DNA of 64,000 bases, taken from Myxococcota bacterium (lineage in GTDB: Bacteria > Myxococcota_A > SURF-8). Below the pieces are notes generated by a model. It was given only the letters and a program-made list of their open reading frames with translations, was not told the DNA's origin and ran no database searches. This document shows positions 19,923 through 30,182 of this stretch, one piece after another (the first letter of the stretch is position 1; the number at the start of each line of letters is the position of its first letter). The stretch covers positions 3,744,001 through 3,808,000 of the forward strand of contig OZ223209.1 in the NCBI GenBank assembly GCA_965140415.1, given 5' to 3'. Made by a program: the position numbers and the translations under genes.

Positions 19923-20483
19923 ATGGCTTTTCTGGACACATTGCCGGTTTGGGCTTTGGCTCTGATGATCTTCTTCCTGCGAATAGTCGATGTTTCGATG
20001 GGAACCGTTCGCATGGTCGCGGTGGTCAATGGAATGACCCGCCTGGCAGTGGGGTTGGGTTTCTTTGAAATTCTGGTTTGGGTGATGGCGGTTTCGCAAG
20101 TTATTGCTCGCATCGGCGAAAGCCCTATACTGATTCTGGCTTATGCTGGTGGGTATGCAACCGGAAATGCTTTGGGAATCTTGATTGAAGGGCGCATGGC
20201 GTTCGGCATGGTGGTTTTACGGATTTTCACCGCCAAAGCCGGAGAGCAGATTGCAAAAGTTTTACGAAACAAAGGACAGGTATTGACGACATTCGATGGA
20301 GAGGGCCGGGATGGTCCGGTAACCCTGCTTTTCGTCACCTGTCCGCGCCGCAAACAGAACGAGTTATTGGCTTTGGCCCGAAAAGAAGATCCGAACTTGT
20401 TTTTTACGGTCGAACGTGCCAATGCCTGGCGGCATCGCCATGGCAGTGTAAAAAACTGGCACCTGCTATCGAAAAGGAAATAG
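19923..20483 (+). CDS. DUF2179/DUF5698 (UPF0316) membrane protein
   Basis: IFFLRIVDVSMGTVR, GFFEILVW, AYAGGYATGN. Confidence 0.85.
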   Translation: MAFLDTLPVWALALMIFFLRIVDVSMGTVRMVAVVNGMTRLAVGLGFFEILVWVMAVSQVIARIGESPILILAYAGGYATGNALGILIEGRMAFGMVVLRIFTAKAGEQIAKVLRNKGQVLTTFDGEGRDGPVTLLFVTCPRRKQNELLALARKEDPNLFFTVERANAWRHRHGSVKNWHLLSKRK

Positions 20484-20540
20484 CTGAAAATACTGGTAAT
20501 AGATACCAGACAAAAGCCGGATATCGGAAAGGATGACTCC

Positions 20541-21725
20541 ATGTCGATGCGCAAATTGGTTCTCTGCTTGATGTTGCTTCTGGTTGTATTGGCTCTCGTC
20601 GCGTGTGGTGCGGAAGACGATGTAGACGACACCGATGATGTAGATGGGGATGAAAATGTGACCGACGGCGACAACAATTCACCCAACAATCCGTTTGTAC
20701 CCTATTATCCACCGCTGACCGATGGAGACGGAACGACGGATGGGGATCAATCGACCGATGGAGATGGCCTGGTCGATGGCGACAATAGTGTGGATGGCGA
20801 TACCCCGACCGATGGAGATGGAACGGTCGATGGAGATGGAACGGTCGATGGCGATCATCCCACAGACGGCGACAGTCCGATCGATGGGGATGTTCCTGTC
20901 GATGGCGACGAGCCTGTCGATGGAGATGAACCTGTCGATGGCGATGAACCCGTCGATGGAGATGTTCCTGTCGATGGCGATGAACCTGTCGATGGTGATG
21001 AACCGGTGGATGGCGATGAGCCGGTGGATGGAGATGAGCCGGTGGATGGCGATTGGCTGCCGAACTTGAAACTGTCGGATTTGCAGAATGTAAACAGCCC
21101 GAATCACCCCGATCTGGGACGAGTTCGCGTCAATGGTATTGTGGTGACAGGCGAAGCATTTCTGGTTACGAGCAGTGGATTATGGGGCATCTTCGTATCC
21201 GATATCGGTGGCGGTGACTATTCCGGGGGAATGCTGGTTTGGAAACCGACCAGCGTGTCACCGGATTACGGCTACGATCCTCCCGAGATGCAGCCAGGAG
21301 ATGTGATCGATGTAGAAGGATCGTACGCGGAATACTGCGGCATTGATGACGGCTACAGTTCCTGCTCGACGCAAATCGAATTGACTCCATACCAGCAAGC
21401 CATCGGGCAGGTTACGCAAACCGGTGAAAGCGCTCGCGTTCCTCCTGCCGTGCAGGTCAACCCGGCGAGTGTGCGCACCGGGGCGAGTACGGCGGATACT
21501 TATCAATATCGCTTGATCAAAGTAAGCGACGTCACGGTGACCGATGTGAGTCTTGGATATGGAGAGTTTCTGATCACGGGCGATCTGCGCGTGGACGATA
21601 CGCTGTATAGCTACACCATGCCTGAAGTAGATGATAGCTACTACTGGATCACCGGATTCTTGTATACAAGCTACGACGACTACAAACTGACTCCGCGCAA
21701 CGCAGAAGATATGGTCGCGCAGTAA
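20541..21725 (+). CDS. Lipoprotein with long DGD-repeat linker and probable OB-fold C-terminal region
   Basis: Lipobox LVAC; (VDGDEP)n; PGDVIDVEGSYAEY and YKLTPRNAED resemble OB folds of extracellular nucleases. Confidence 0.7.
   Translation: MSMRKLVLCLMLLLVVLALVACGAEDDVDDTDDVDGDENVTDGDNNSPNNPFVPYYPPLTDGDGTTDGDQSTDGDGLVDGDNSVDGDTPTDGDGTVDGDGTVDGDHPTDGDSPIDGDVPVDGDEPVDGDEPVDGDEPVDGDVPVDGDEPVDGDEPVDGDEPVDGDEPVDGDWLPNLKLSDLQNVNSPNHPDLGRVRVNGIVVTGEAFLVTSSGLWGIFVSDIGGGDYSGGMLVWKPTSVSPDYGYDPPEMQPGDVIDVEGSYAEYCGIDDGYSSCSTQIELTPYQQAIGQVTQTGESARVPPAVQVNPASVRTGASTADTYQYRLIKVSDVTVTDVSLGYGEFLITGDLRVDDTLYSYTMPEVDDSYYWITGFLYTSYDDYKLTPRNAEDMVAQ
20718..21053 (+). repeat. Coding tandem repeat, 18-bp unit (xDGDxP)n
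   Basis: About 19 consecutive six-residue units, with only synonymous drift between the VDGDEP copies. Confidence 0.9.
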
Positions 21726-21830
21726 ATCGATTTCAAAACCGACTCTACCCCGCTTCGGTATCCTTCTCGAAGCAGGGCAGAGTTTTATGGCAGTGGAAAT
21801 TTCTCATTCCTGTCTATCGAGAACTCATGA

Positions 21831-21931
21831 TGTGCCATGGTCTCACGGAATGGAAATTCCGGGAGACCGTATCTAACCTCAAGAAAACACACAGCCTTCC
21901 GCGATCTTTGATCGCGTAAGACTATGGCACA
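21831..21931 (+). repeat. ~100-bp MITE-like repeat, copy 3
   Basis: Same termini and internal hairpins as the copies at 13230 and 14784. Confidence 0.85.
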
Positions 21932-21998
21932 TATTCTTCAAATCAGTGGCTAAATCTGTTTCACCGAGTTCTTGACAACTGCACTTTCGAGAAATCCC

Positions 21999-23072
21999 CT
22001 AGGCGTCGTCTTCAATCAGCTCATCCTTGATGGCAAACAGGTTTGGAATAGGAATCGGCAGTGAATTCCATGTGTTGGGATCGACTACCAGTCGGTAGCT
22101 CGTACCGACATTGCCCTGTTTGAACATGATGTTCCATCCACGAATGAGATAGGGGCAGGTATCGTTGATGCAGACGTACAGGTCGTGATCCCAGGTGGTA
22201 AAGGGATTTTCCGTTACGGCCCATTTATGCAGTTTCCCCTCGCAGAACGGGCAGCGATGCGTTTCCGCCATCATATCGCGACGCTGTTCCAGAATCTCCG
22301 GGGCCGGCAGCGGAACGAGTTCGGCAATTGCCGACGGTCGCTCTTTGCGTGTTGCGCTCTCCAGTCCTGCCTTTTCCGCATACACTGCGAAAATCGGATC
22401 GCTGGGAATACCTGCTTTGGCGTACTTGTCATCGGCAGGACGTGGCAGTCCCATCGACACAAAATGCTGGCTCTCTTCGAAACGACCGGTGAACAGGAAG
22501 AAATCATCGATGAGTTTCAGCCGTTCGTGCTCGGTGCAGTCCGCCCAGACGCGAGTGACTTTTTGCGGGAAATAGCGATTGCTGAAGATCACAAGAAACA
22601 GACCTCCCGGCTTTAAAACACGCGCTACTTCCGCGAAAACGTCGATCGGGTGCGTCAGGTAATCGACGGATACGGTGTTGAGTACGACATCGAAGGTATT
22701 GTCTTCAAAGGGTAATTCCGGGTTTTCATTGAGATCGTGCACAAGCCGGTCGGTTAACCGCTCATTGGTTTCCAGTTCCTGCTGGTTCATACCCAGGCCG
22801 ATTAAAGCCGCCGGATTCACTTCGCCAGGCAGGTGGCTGTCGCAGGATGCCATCAAATCCAGGATGACCGGGCGCGGCTCGATGATCAACTGGCCGATGA
22901 GTTTCTGCACCGTTTCCAATGCCTGTGCATCCAAATGCGAAACGATGCGCGGACGCTGGTAGAACAGCTGATCCGCCTGCTCGTCGAGTCTTGAAAATGC
23001 GGTTCCGCTGGTAAGAATGGCTCGATGTCCATCTTTGGCTGGAGCGAGAAATTCTGGTGTGTTCACGATCAT
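21999..23072 (-). CDS. Class I SAM-dependent methyltransferase with C-terminal zinc-ribbon
   Basis: FYQRPRIVSHLD, ILDLMAS, TVSVDYLTHP, FSNRYFP; tail CPFC...CINDTCPY. Confidence 0.8.
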   Translation of the reverse strand: MIVNTPEFLAPAKDGHRAILTSGTAFSRLDEQADQLFYQRPRIVSHLDAQALETVQKLIGQLIIEPRPVILDLMASCDSHLPGEVNPAALIGLGMNQQELETNERLTDRLVHDLNENPELPFEDNTFDVVLNTVSVDYLTHPIDVFAEVARVLKPGGLFLVIFSNRYFPQKVTRVWADCTEHERLKLIDDFFLFTGRFEESQHFVSMGLPRPADDKYAKAGIPSDPIFAVYAEKAGLESATRKERPSAIAELVPLPAPEILEQRRDMMAETHRCPFCEGKLHKWAVTENPFTTWDHDLYVCINDTCPYLIRGWNIMFKQGNVGTSYRLVVDPNTWNSLPIPIPNLFAIKDELIEDDA

Positions 23073-23241
23073 TCTCCCTAATACTGAGTTGCCAATCACG
23101 GTTGCTGACCTGTCTCCACAGATTGGAGCTGGCCCGATTGCATTCAGTATCCGAATGGGTAAGAAGAATGTCAATGCGTTGCATCAGGTCGGAAAGGAAA
23201 GGAATATCCTGAATTTTCAGTCTATTAAGAAGTAAGGAAAG

Positions 23242-24093
23242 CTATTTCGTCGATAAACCCGAGGGGGCTTGCTCCGCGACGACGCCAAGCACATTTGGAA
23301 TTTCCCACTGGGAAATGTTCAGATCTTGCGGATAAAAGCCGGTTTCGAAACTGCCGAACAAGTCCAGATCGACTCCGTTGGCATGAATGGAAAGACTGGC
23401 CTTGGCGCCTCCATCCAGGTGCATGGCGCGCACGATTTCCAGCGGTTGCGCCAGAATCATCCGGTTAAACGCCCACATCGATTGCGCTTCACGGCAGAAC
23501 AGGAAAAGCAACCTGCCCTTTTTGTCCATAGCCAATGCCGCTTCGCTCCAGCGTTTTTGGCTTGGTTTCCAGACGTTGATTCCATCACCCTTGATCAGCC
23601 TCAAATTCTGAACGACAATCGAGTAGTCGCTTAGCGAGTTCGTATCGTAGGGCAAATCCACCAGCAAGGCGGAAGCTCGATCATTGCCTTTCGGTTCCAG
23701 CGCCAGGACGGAGCGGTAGTTACTCCAACGTGCATTATTGATGGTCGATCCCACGCGCAGATAACCGATGTGGGTGCGGTGGTCTTCACCATACATGCCC
23801 AGGTTAATGGCGATACTCAACCCGAACTGCTTGCACCAGTCCGCTGCCAGGCGACGCTTGTTCCCATGCTCGGAAGCCAACAAGGCACGGAATTTGACTT
23901 GTCCGGGCTCGATTCGCACGACATGCAGTTGACGTTCGGGATGCTTGTCTTCGGGTGCAATGACAATACGGGCGTATTCGACGCCGCTTTGCAGGCTTTT
24001 CCACTGGATCGGCGGTGGGATAGACGGAGCCGGAGGCGGCGCAATCAACGTCGCTTGAAGACTCATCATGATAAGAATCCAAAGGATGGACAA
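23242..24093 (-). CDS. Phosphodiester glycosidase (NAGPA-like) family protein
   Basis: AINLGMY, ALAMDKKGRLLF, AMHLDGG, IPNVLGV. Confidence 0.65.
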   Translation of the reverse strand: MSILWILIMMSLQATLIAPPPAPSIPPPIQWKSLQSGVEYARIVIAPEDKHPERQLHVVRIEPGQVKFRALLASEHGNKRRLAADWCKQFGLSIAINLGMYGEDHRTHIGYLRVGSTINNARWSNYRSVLALEPKGNDRASALLVDLPYDTNSLSDYSIVVQNLRLIKGDGINVWKPSQKRWSEAALAMDKKGRLLFLFCREAQSMWAFNRMILAQPLEIVRAMHLDGGAKASLSIHANGVDLDLFGSFETGFYPQDLNISQWEIPNVLGVVAEQAPSGLSTK

Positions 24094-24409
24094 AACTCGT
24101 TTCCCTCCCGCAATTTCTGTGCGGCTACGACCCAGTTTCCAAATTCGAGTTTAGCATAAGCACCGTGAATCCGCCATGGGATTGTGTGGTCACGTTGTGT
24201 GACGGCTTTGCACTCCGTTCAACGGATCCCACGCACAGCAGCTATTCGGATTTTAGGTAGAAAAGATTCCAAGGGTGTTGTCTGCAATGATATTATATCC
24301 GGCAAATCGGAGTTTGTGTGGACATGGATCCATTACGGCTTGGTTTCGTTTATGTACGGCTAAAAGTCGAGAATATTTCTTCTATGAATGGCATTTAGAG
24401 GAAAAAAAC

Positions 24410-26764
24410 ATGGAAGTGTTTAGAATGGTCCTAGCGATTGTAAGTATTCTTTCTTTTGCGATTCTGGGCAGTTGCAGTGATGCTGGGGATATCGCTGATG
24501 GCGACGCAATCACTTTTGCGGACGGTGATGGTGAAACGGAATCGGAAACCGAAAGCGACTTCGACTTTGAAATGACGGATCTGCTTCCCTATATCGATCC
24601 ACTGATCGGCAGTTCCGGCTCCGGCAACGTGATTGTAGGTGCACTCCGACCACACGGGTTCGTGCGGGTTGGTCCGGCCACGCATGAGGAGCCCGGAGCG
24701 GTAACGGGCTATCATTTCGATACCCCACTGATTGATGGTTTCGCCCACACATTTTTAGAAGGACCGGGGGGAGGCAGCAACGGCTATGCTCAAATCCTGA
24801 TCGCTCCGGTTACCGGTGATATCGCGACGAATCGTGATGACTATGCTCAGGGCTTCAGCCATACGGAAGAACAGGCCGAGGCCGGGTACTATGCCGTGTC
24901 ACTTGAAAACGGCGTTCGGGTGGAACTGGCGGCGGGAGGATTCAGCGCGATTCACCGCTATCTATATCCGGCGGAGGCCAATGCCGCCATTATCCTGGAT
25001 CTCGGCTATTCGAGAGGAGATTCAATCGACGGATCGGTTGAGATCATCGACGCGCATACGATTGAAGGTGTAGGTGTGTACAACGTCCATCCCATGCTGG
25101 AGTTGCTCCTTTCAGGCGAGGAAGGAAGCACCGGACACAGTACCATTTATTTCCATATCGAAACGAGCGCGGCGATGACGGAGTCCGGAGTCTTCCATTC
25201 CGCCGAAGAAGAGCCGCTGCAGCCGGGAGTGTCAGAGGCTTCGGGAAAGCGGATCGGTGCTTATGCACGCTTCGGAATTCTTAGTGAGCCGCTTGTACTG
25301 CGAGTCGGGCTATCCAGGGTTTCCATCGAGCAGGCGCGCCGGAATCTATCCGTCGAGTTGGACTCGTTGGACTTCGACGGATTGAGGGAAGACACCGCCT
25401 CCCGCTGGAATCGTTTACTGAACCGGGTCCAAGTAACTGGCGGAAAGGATACAACCAGAACGATCTTCTACACGGCGCTTTTTCACAGTCTTTTCCAGCC
25501 GACCGATATGACCGAAGCGGATGGCGTATACACGAACGGTGCGGATGGCACGGACTCCGTGGATTCGGCGCAGGGCTGGACGTATTACAGTGATGACTGG
25601 TGCATGTGGGACACCTTCCGTACTTTGCATCCATTGGGGACATTGGTTGAACCCGAAATCCGATCCGATGTCGTGCGGTCGCTACTGGCCATTTACGAAC
25701 GTGGCGGCTGGCTGCCCAAATGTTCCTGGCAGGGGACCGGATATTCGCGTGTTATGATCGCCAATCCGGCGACGCCCATTATTGCGGATGCGTATGTCAA
25801 AGGATTTGATGAGTTCGACGCCGATCTGGCCTATCAGGCGATTTACAAAAGCGCCATGCAAGACAACGACAATCCGACCCAGGATGGCATGTGCGGGTAT
25901 TTGAATCTGGGTACGCCCCAGGACTACCTTACGCTTGGGTATATCCCGCACGAATGCGACCCAACGCAGTCAGTGTCGATGACACTCGAATATGCCCAGG
26001 ATGATTTCTGCACCGCCCGTATGGCAGAGGCGCTGGGAAAGACGGAAGATGCCGCCTATTTCGATGAGCGCGCTCAAAATTATCGCAGCCACTGGAACAC
26101 GGAAGAAGGCTTCATGGTTCCGCGTAATGCGGACGGTTCCTGGGTAACGCCTTTCGATCCTGCCGACAGTTCGGATTTCAACGATTTTTGCGAGGCATCG
26201 AGTTGGATTTATAGTTGGTATGTGCCGCACGACGTGCCAGGGCTGATGGAACTGATTGGCGGTAAAGAAAAAACGGTCGCCAAGCTCGATGCTTTTTTCG
26301 ATGGTGGCTTCTTCGATGTGGGAAACGAACCCAGTTTCCATATTCCGTTTCTATATAACATGGCCGGACGCCCCGACTTGACGCAGTCGAGAGTCAATAC
26401 AATATGGCAGGATTCCTTTTCGGAAAGTCCTTCCGGTCTTCCAGGCAACGATGACAGCGGCGCCATGAGCGCTTACATCGTTTTCGGAATGCTTGGCTTG
26501 TATCCCATCTCTCCCGGTGAACCGCGTTACCAAATCGCGACCCCTGCCTTTTCGAGTATCGTTCTGCACTTGCACCCAAGCTATTATTCGGGTGGAATAT
26601 TCGAAATCGTCGCGGAAGGATTGTCGGAATCCGCCATCTACATTCAATCTGCGAGTTTAAACGGAACACCGCTCGAAATTCCTGAAATCACCCACGCACA
26701 GATCGTTGCAGGAGGCGAACTGAGATTGAAGATGGGGGATCAACCCGGCTCTTGGGGCAGGTGA
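24410..26764 (+). CDS. GH92 alpha-1,2-mannosidase family lipoprotein
   Basis: Lipobox LGSC; FYTALFH, WDTFRTLHPL, SMTLEYA, GNEPSFH, PGNDDSGAMSA. Confidence 0.92.
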   Translation: MEVFRMVLAIVSILSFAILGSCSDAGDIADGDAITFADGDGETESETESDFDFEMTDLLPYIDPLIGSSGSGNVIVGALRPHGFVRVGPATHEEPGAVTGYHFDTPLIDGFAHTFLEGPGGGSNGYAQILIAPVTGDIATNRDDYAQGFSHTEEQAEAGYYAVSLENGVRVELAAGGFSAIHRYLYPAEANAAIILDLGYSRGDSIDGSVEIIDAHTIEGVGVYNVHPMLELLLSGEEGSTGHSTIYFHIETSAAMTESGVFHSAEEEPLQPGVSEASGKRIGAYARFGILSEPLVLRVGLSRVSIEQARRNLSVELDSLDFDGLREDTASRWNRLLNRVQVTGGKDTTRTIFYTALFHSLFQPTDMTEADGVYTNGADGTDSVDSAQGWTYYSDDWCMWDTFRTLHPLGTLVEPEIRSDVVRSLLAIYERGGWLPKCSWQGTGYSRVMIANPATPIIADAYVKGFDEFDADLAYQAIYKSAMQDNDNPTQDGMCGYLNLGTPQDYLTLGYIPHECDPTQSVSMTLEYAQDDFCTARMAEALGKTEDAAYFDERAQNYRSHWNTEEGFMVPRNADGSWVTPFDPADSSDFNDFCEASSWIYSWYVPHDVPGLMELIGGKEKTVAKLDAFFDGGFFDVGNEPSFHIPFLYNMAGRPDLTQSRVNTIWQDSFSESPSGLPGNDDSGAMSAYIVFGMLGLYPISPGEPRYQIATPAFSSIVLHLHPSYYSGGIFEIVAEGLSESAIYIQSASLNGTPLEIPEITHAQIVAGGELRLKMGDQPGSWGR

Positions 26765-26912
26765 TCGGAAAGCTTCGTAAATAAACCTCGACCTGTTGTG
26801 TTTGCGTGTACGGAATTCCTTTCCCTTCCCGTTTTTACTCACCTGTCTGGAATCCGAACGGCGCAGTCGATCATCGACCTCGCAAACTCCTTGAAATTAC
26901 ATAAGACAACCT

Positions 26913-26929
26913 TTGGCATAGTCTTCGCA
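26913..26929 (+). promoter_or_regulatory. Putative sigma-54 (-24/-12) promoter of comM
   Basis: TTGGCATAGTCTTCGCA has the GG-N10-GC spacing, about 65 bp before the ATG. Confidence 0.5.
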
Positions 26930-26994
26930 CAAACTAAATGCATACCCAGCGGGGGGACGGTGGGACCATTTTCCCGATGATCGAGGAGCGAGGC

Positions 26995-27696
26995 ATGCTG
27001 GCCAACATTATCAGCGGTGCGCTATTGGGCATCGATGCCTACAAAGTCAATGTCGAAGTGGACATGGCGATGGGGTTGCCGCAAATGAACGTGGTCGGTC
27101 TGCCCAACGGTGCGGTGCGCGAGAGCAAGGAGCGGGTGCGCAGCGCCATCAAAAACGCCGGTTTCCCGCTTCCTTCCCGGCGTGTGACCATCAACCTGGC
27201 CCCGGCGGATATTCGCAAGGAAGGCGCGGCCTTCGATCTGCCGATGTCCATCGGCATGCTGGCCTGCGCCGATGTCATTGCCGGGGACCGGCTGAGAGAA
27301 TACATGGTGCTGGGCGAACTGGCGTTGGACGGTGCCATCAAGCCGATTCGCGGGGCGCTGTCACTGGCAGCCGCCTGTCGCGATCAGGGATTGCGCGGTG
27401 TTTTGTTGCCTCACGAAAACGCGCGCGAAGCCTCTGTCGTGGAGGGCATCGACGTGATCGGGGTGCACGATTTACCCCAGGCCATTCGATTTCTAAACCA
27501 GGTGGAAGCCATCGAACCGGAGCAGGCTTTGTCGCTTGTGGATTCCGACCGGGACGAAACCGCGCTGGTGGATCTGGCGGATGTCAAAGGCCAGGAGCAT
27601 GTCAAGCGCGCGTTGGAAGTCGCTGCGGCGGGTGGGCATAACACACTGCTGGTCGGTCCACCCGGAAGCGGGAAAACCCTTCACATGGGCTCATGA
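26995..27696 (+). pseudogene. comM: ComM/YifB Mg-chelatase-like ATPase, truncated after Walker A (island insertion site)
   Basis: [66 protein letters not shown], then stop at 233 aa; the family is about 500 aa. Confidence 0.9.
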
Positions 27697-27843
27697 TCTT
27701 CGGACCATGCTGCCTGAGGCGGAACTGCCTGAAATGTTTTGTATTTGCACCCTAAGTTTGTACGGTTGTTAGTTGTTCCCTTCTCCCCTGAAGCAAATCC
27801 AATGTATCAAGTGTTTGTTCTAAGGAAAATACACGGTATATTC

Positions 27844-29388
27844 TTATTCATCCAGTGCCGCTTCAAGTTCCTCAAAAGCCTTGTCAGCATTCCGAATTAT
27901 CATGTCCCTAACTTCTTCACTGAGACCGCTACTAAGATCAGCAAAATCCTTAGATGGTTTTAATAGTTCTGCTAGAGCATAAACTGTATTTCCGTCAAAA
28001 TAGTATTCTCTAATAGTTGCCCGACGTAAAACAATATTGGTTGAGATATTTGTCATCTCCTCGATTGATAATTCTTCACCACTTTCTGTGTCACTACTGT
28101 ATGTTTTTACCATGCTGCTTACTTTTGATTGCAGTGTTGAGGCAAGATCTGCTTTCGCCATTTGTGCAGCCATCCTCATTCCAATGGGTTTGGGTAATTG
28201 AGCTGAGGATACTCCTACCGCAAAAATAGCATTGCTTTCTTCTGATAAAGCTTTTGTACCTGATTTAACCCAAGTTGGGGGTGTATTGCCTTCACGAACC
28301 AATGCATTAAGAGTTTTAGGTGCTATCGGCAAAGCAGTGTAGGGCTCTACAGGCTCATCTCCCCCTCTCCAAGGAATTTGATAATAACCAAGAAATGTAC
28401 AAACGGCACTTCCGTCCTCTAGAGTTCTACATTTTTCATCATAGACAACTAAAGAATCTTTATCTATTTTCCCTTCTGTCACCATCTGCATGATTGATCT
28501 GAAATCGTGTGTCGCAGATGTTTTGTCATCAACAGATTTGGATGATCTTGATATGCTGTCTTGAAATGTCACCCACACCCCATATAGGCGTTGTGTTACT
28601 TCCTTTATTAAATCTGCAAAAGCTCGTTCCCTGGCTAACATTAGGCGTGAACTGCGAGTCATACTGTCATTCGCGTAGCCATAGCCATCAACGAATATCT
28701 TACCTGTCTCAAGATATGAAGATCCTCCGATTGCTGCCTGTAGCCTTTGAAACAATTGTTGATCAAATTCATGCTGTACGATATTTGCATTTATTCCGCA
28801 CTTGAAGTCCTTCTCTGAAAGCTTTTGATTTACTACCAAGGATCCGCTTACTCTTTCACCGGAAGCTAAACTAAAAGGGTTTAACGATACATTGTACTTA
28901 GATCTAGTTCGTAGGTTATTATTGTTTTCCTTAGGTGTGACTTGGTTAGACAACTCAAAAGTTGATGATGAGGCTATATCACTTCTGGTGTTTAGAGGGG
29001 TGCTTGAAGAACTGGATAGCAAGTGGACTGATTGTTTAAGTTTATAATTCTTGTCCTGCGAGAGATACTTCCTCTCTTGTGAGGGATTAATCTCCTTGTG
29101 TGTTGTATTATTCCCATCGAAAGTCGAGGCATAAACATAGCCCGGAGAGTACACTGTGAGATCAAGGTCAGACATACCAACATTGCTATAATTATACGCA
29201 GTAATCAAATAAACGTGACGCTGAGGTTCAACTTCTAATGCAAGATGCCAGACTTCAATCTCAATTTCCTGTCTGTTAAAGTAGTTCTGTATCTGGATGG
29301 TAATTATTGCTGTAAAGAAGGTGGCCAGAATAAAAAGAACTACCTTGTTTGATGCAAACCTTAATAGTGTCTTTCGGGGTGAATTCAT
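27844..29388 (-). CDS. Membrane-anchored protein with LPP20-like C-terminal domain(s)
   Basis: N-terminal TM helix; PPTWV...IFAVGVS...AAQMAKADLA...VYALA pattern; start moved to MNSPRK to avoid overlapping the HNH gene. Confidence 0.6.
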   Translation of the reverse strand: MNSPRKTLLRFASNKVVLFILATFFTAIITIQIQNYFNRQEIEIEVWHLALEVEPQRHVYLITAYNYSNVGMSDLDLTVYSPGYVYASTFDGNNTTHKEINPSQERKYLSQDKNYKLKQSVHLLSSSSSTPLNTRSDIASSSTFELSNQVTPKENNNNLRTRSKYNVSLNPFSLASGERVSGSLVVNQKLSEKDFKCGINANIVQHEFDQQLFQRLQAAIGGSSYLETGKIFVDGYGYANDSMTRSSRLMLARERAFADLIKEVTQRLYGVWVTFQDSISRSSKSVDDKTSATHDFRSIMQMVTEGKIDKDSLVVYDEKCRTLEDGSAVCTFLGYYQIPWRGGDEPVEPYTALPIAPKTLNALVREGNTPPTWVKSGTKALSEESNAIFAVGVSSAQLPKPIGMRMAAQMAKADLASTLQSKVSSMVKTYSSDTESGEELSIEEMTNISTNIVLRRATIREYYFDGNTVYALAELLKPSKDFADLSSGLSEEVRDMIIRNADKAFEELEAALDE

Positions 29389-29401
29389 TATTTCTTGAAA
29401 C

Positions 29402-30088
29402 TTACTTAACACTTGCATGTACCTCCTCAAATAGGAATTCCCGATCCTCTCCATGATGCGCCCATCTATGGCAGTTTGGACATAATGCAACGGCATTTTC
29501 AACCGTGTCCTCCCCACCATTTGAAAGCCATACGATGTGGTGAACCTCAAGGAAAGGTTTGCCGGATGTATCAGTGAACGGCGCAGGTCGACCACACAAT
29601 CCGCAAATGCCATTGGCCTGGTCCAACACCCATGCCACGACTTGAGGGTCTCGCTGATATGCGGCCCCTGAAGTCGTGCTCTTTTCGGGTTGCCGGTTCC
29701 CCTGAGGCTTACTTTTCAAGCCTCTTGCCTGAACCCGCCTTACCCGTTCTTTAAGTAATTCATGGTCAGAAGTTGGCAAGTGATCGTCGGGTGACAGAAG
29801 CCCCGATGATTCCGCAGCCGCTATAGCACTTCCCCTCAAAGCCTGTTGCAAATTTGGACGAGGCTTATAACCTTGGATCCATGGCAATCCGGCCTCTTTT
29901 AAGACGGCACTGATATTCATGAACTTGAATTCGACCGAGCCTTTCGACCGCTTTGATAAGATACCATCACGTAAGTTCCGGTTGATGTCCGCTTTCTTGT
30001 ACTTGCTTCCATCCAGTTCCATGCGGAGCATTTCGAAATAGGCGGCTACAACCGCATCAACTTCTTTATATGACCATGGTTCAGGCAT
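29402..30088 (-). CDS. HNH endonuclease, McrA-like
   Basis: YQRDPQVVAWVLDQANGICGLC...PFLEVHHIVWLSNGGEDTVENAVALCPNCHR. Confidence 0.88.
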   Translation of the reverse strand: MPEPWSYKEVDAVVAAYFEMLRMELDGSKYKKADINRNLRDGILSKRSKGSVEFKFMNISAVLKEAGLPWIQGYKPRPNLQQALRGSAIAAAESSGLLSPDDHLPTSDHELLKERVRRVQARGLKSKPQGNRQPEKSTTSGAAYQRDPQVVAWVLDQANGICGLCGRPAPFTDTSGKPFLEVHHIVWLSNGGEDTVENAVALCPNCHRWAHHGEDREFLFEEVHASVK

Positions 30089-30182
30089 ATTCAGTTCCTG
30101 GTCGGCAATGAATTCCGTTGTTCGATTCCAGGGTTGTATGCTACCGTAACAGCATCATAATTCGCAAGTGAAGAGTGTTGGA

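Noticed and set aside
13230-21931. The ~100-bp repeats as integron attC sites or c-di-GMP riboswitches
   Set aside because: No RYYYAAC/GTTRRRY ends and no GEMM core, and two copies lie between convergent genes
1405-26669. Long antisense or alternate-frame ORFs (for example 1405-2499, 13838-14641, 16391-17566)
   Set aside because: They shadow well-supported genes in GC-rich DNA and carry no motifs
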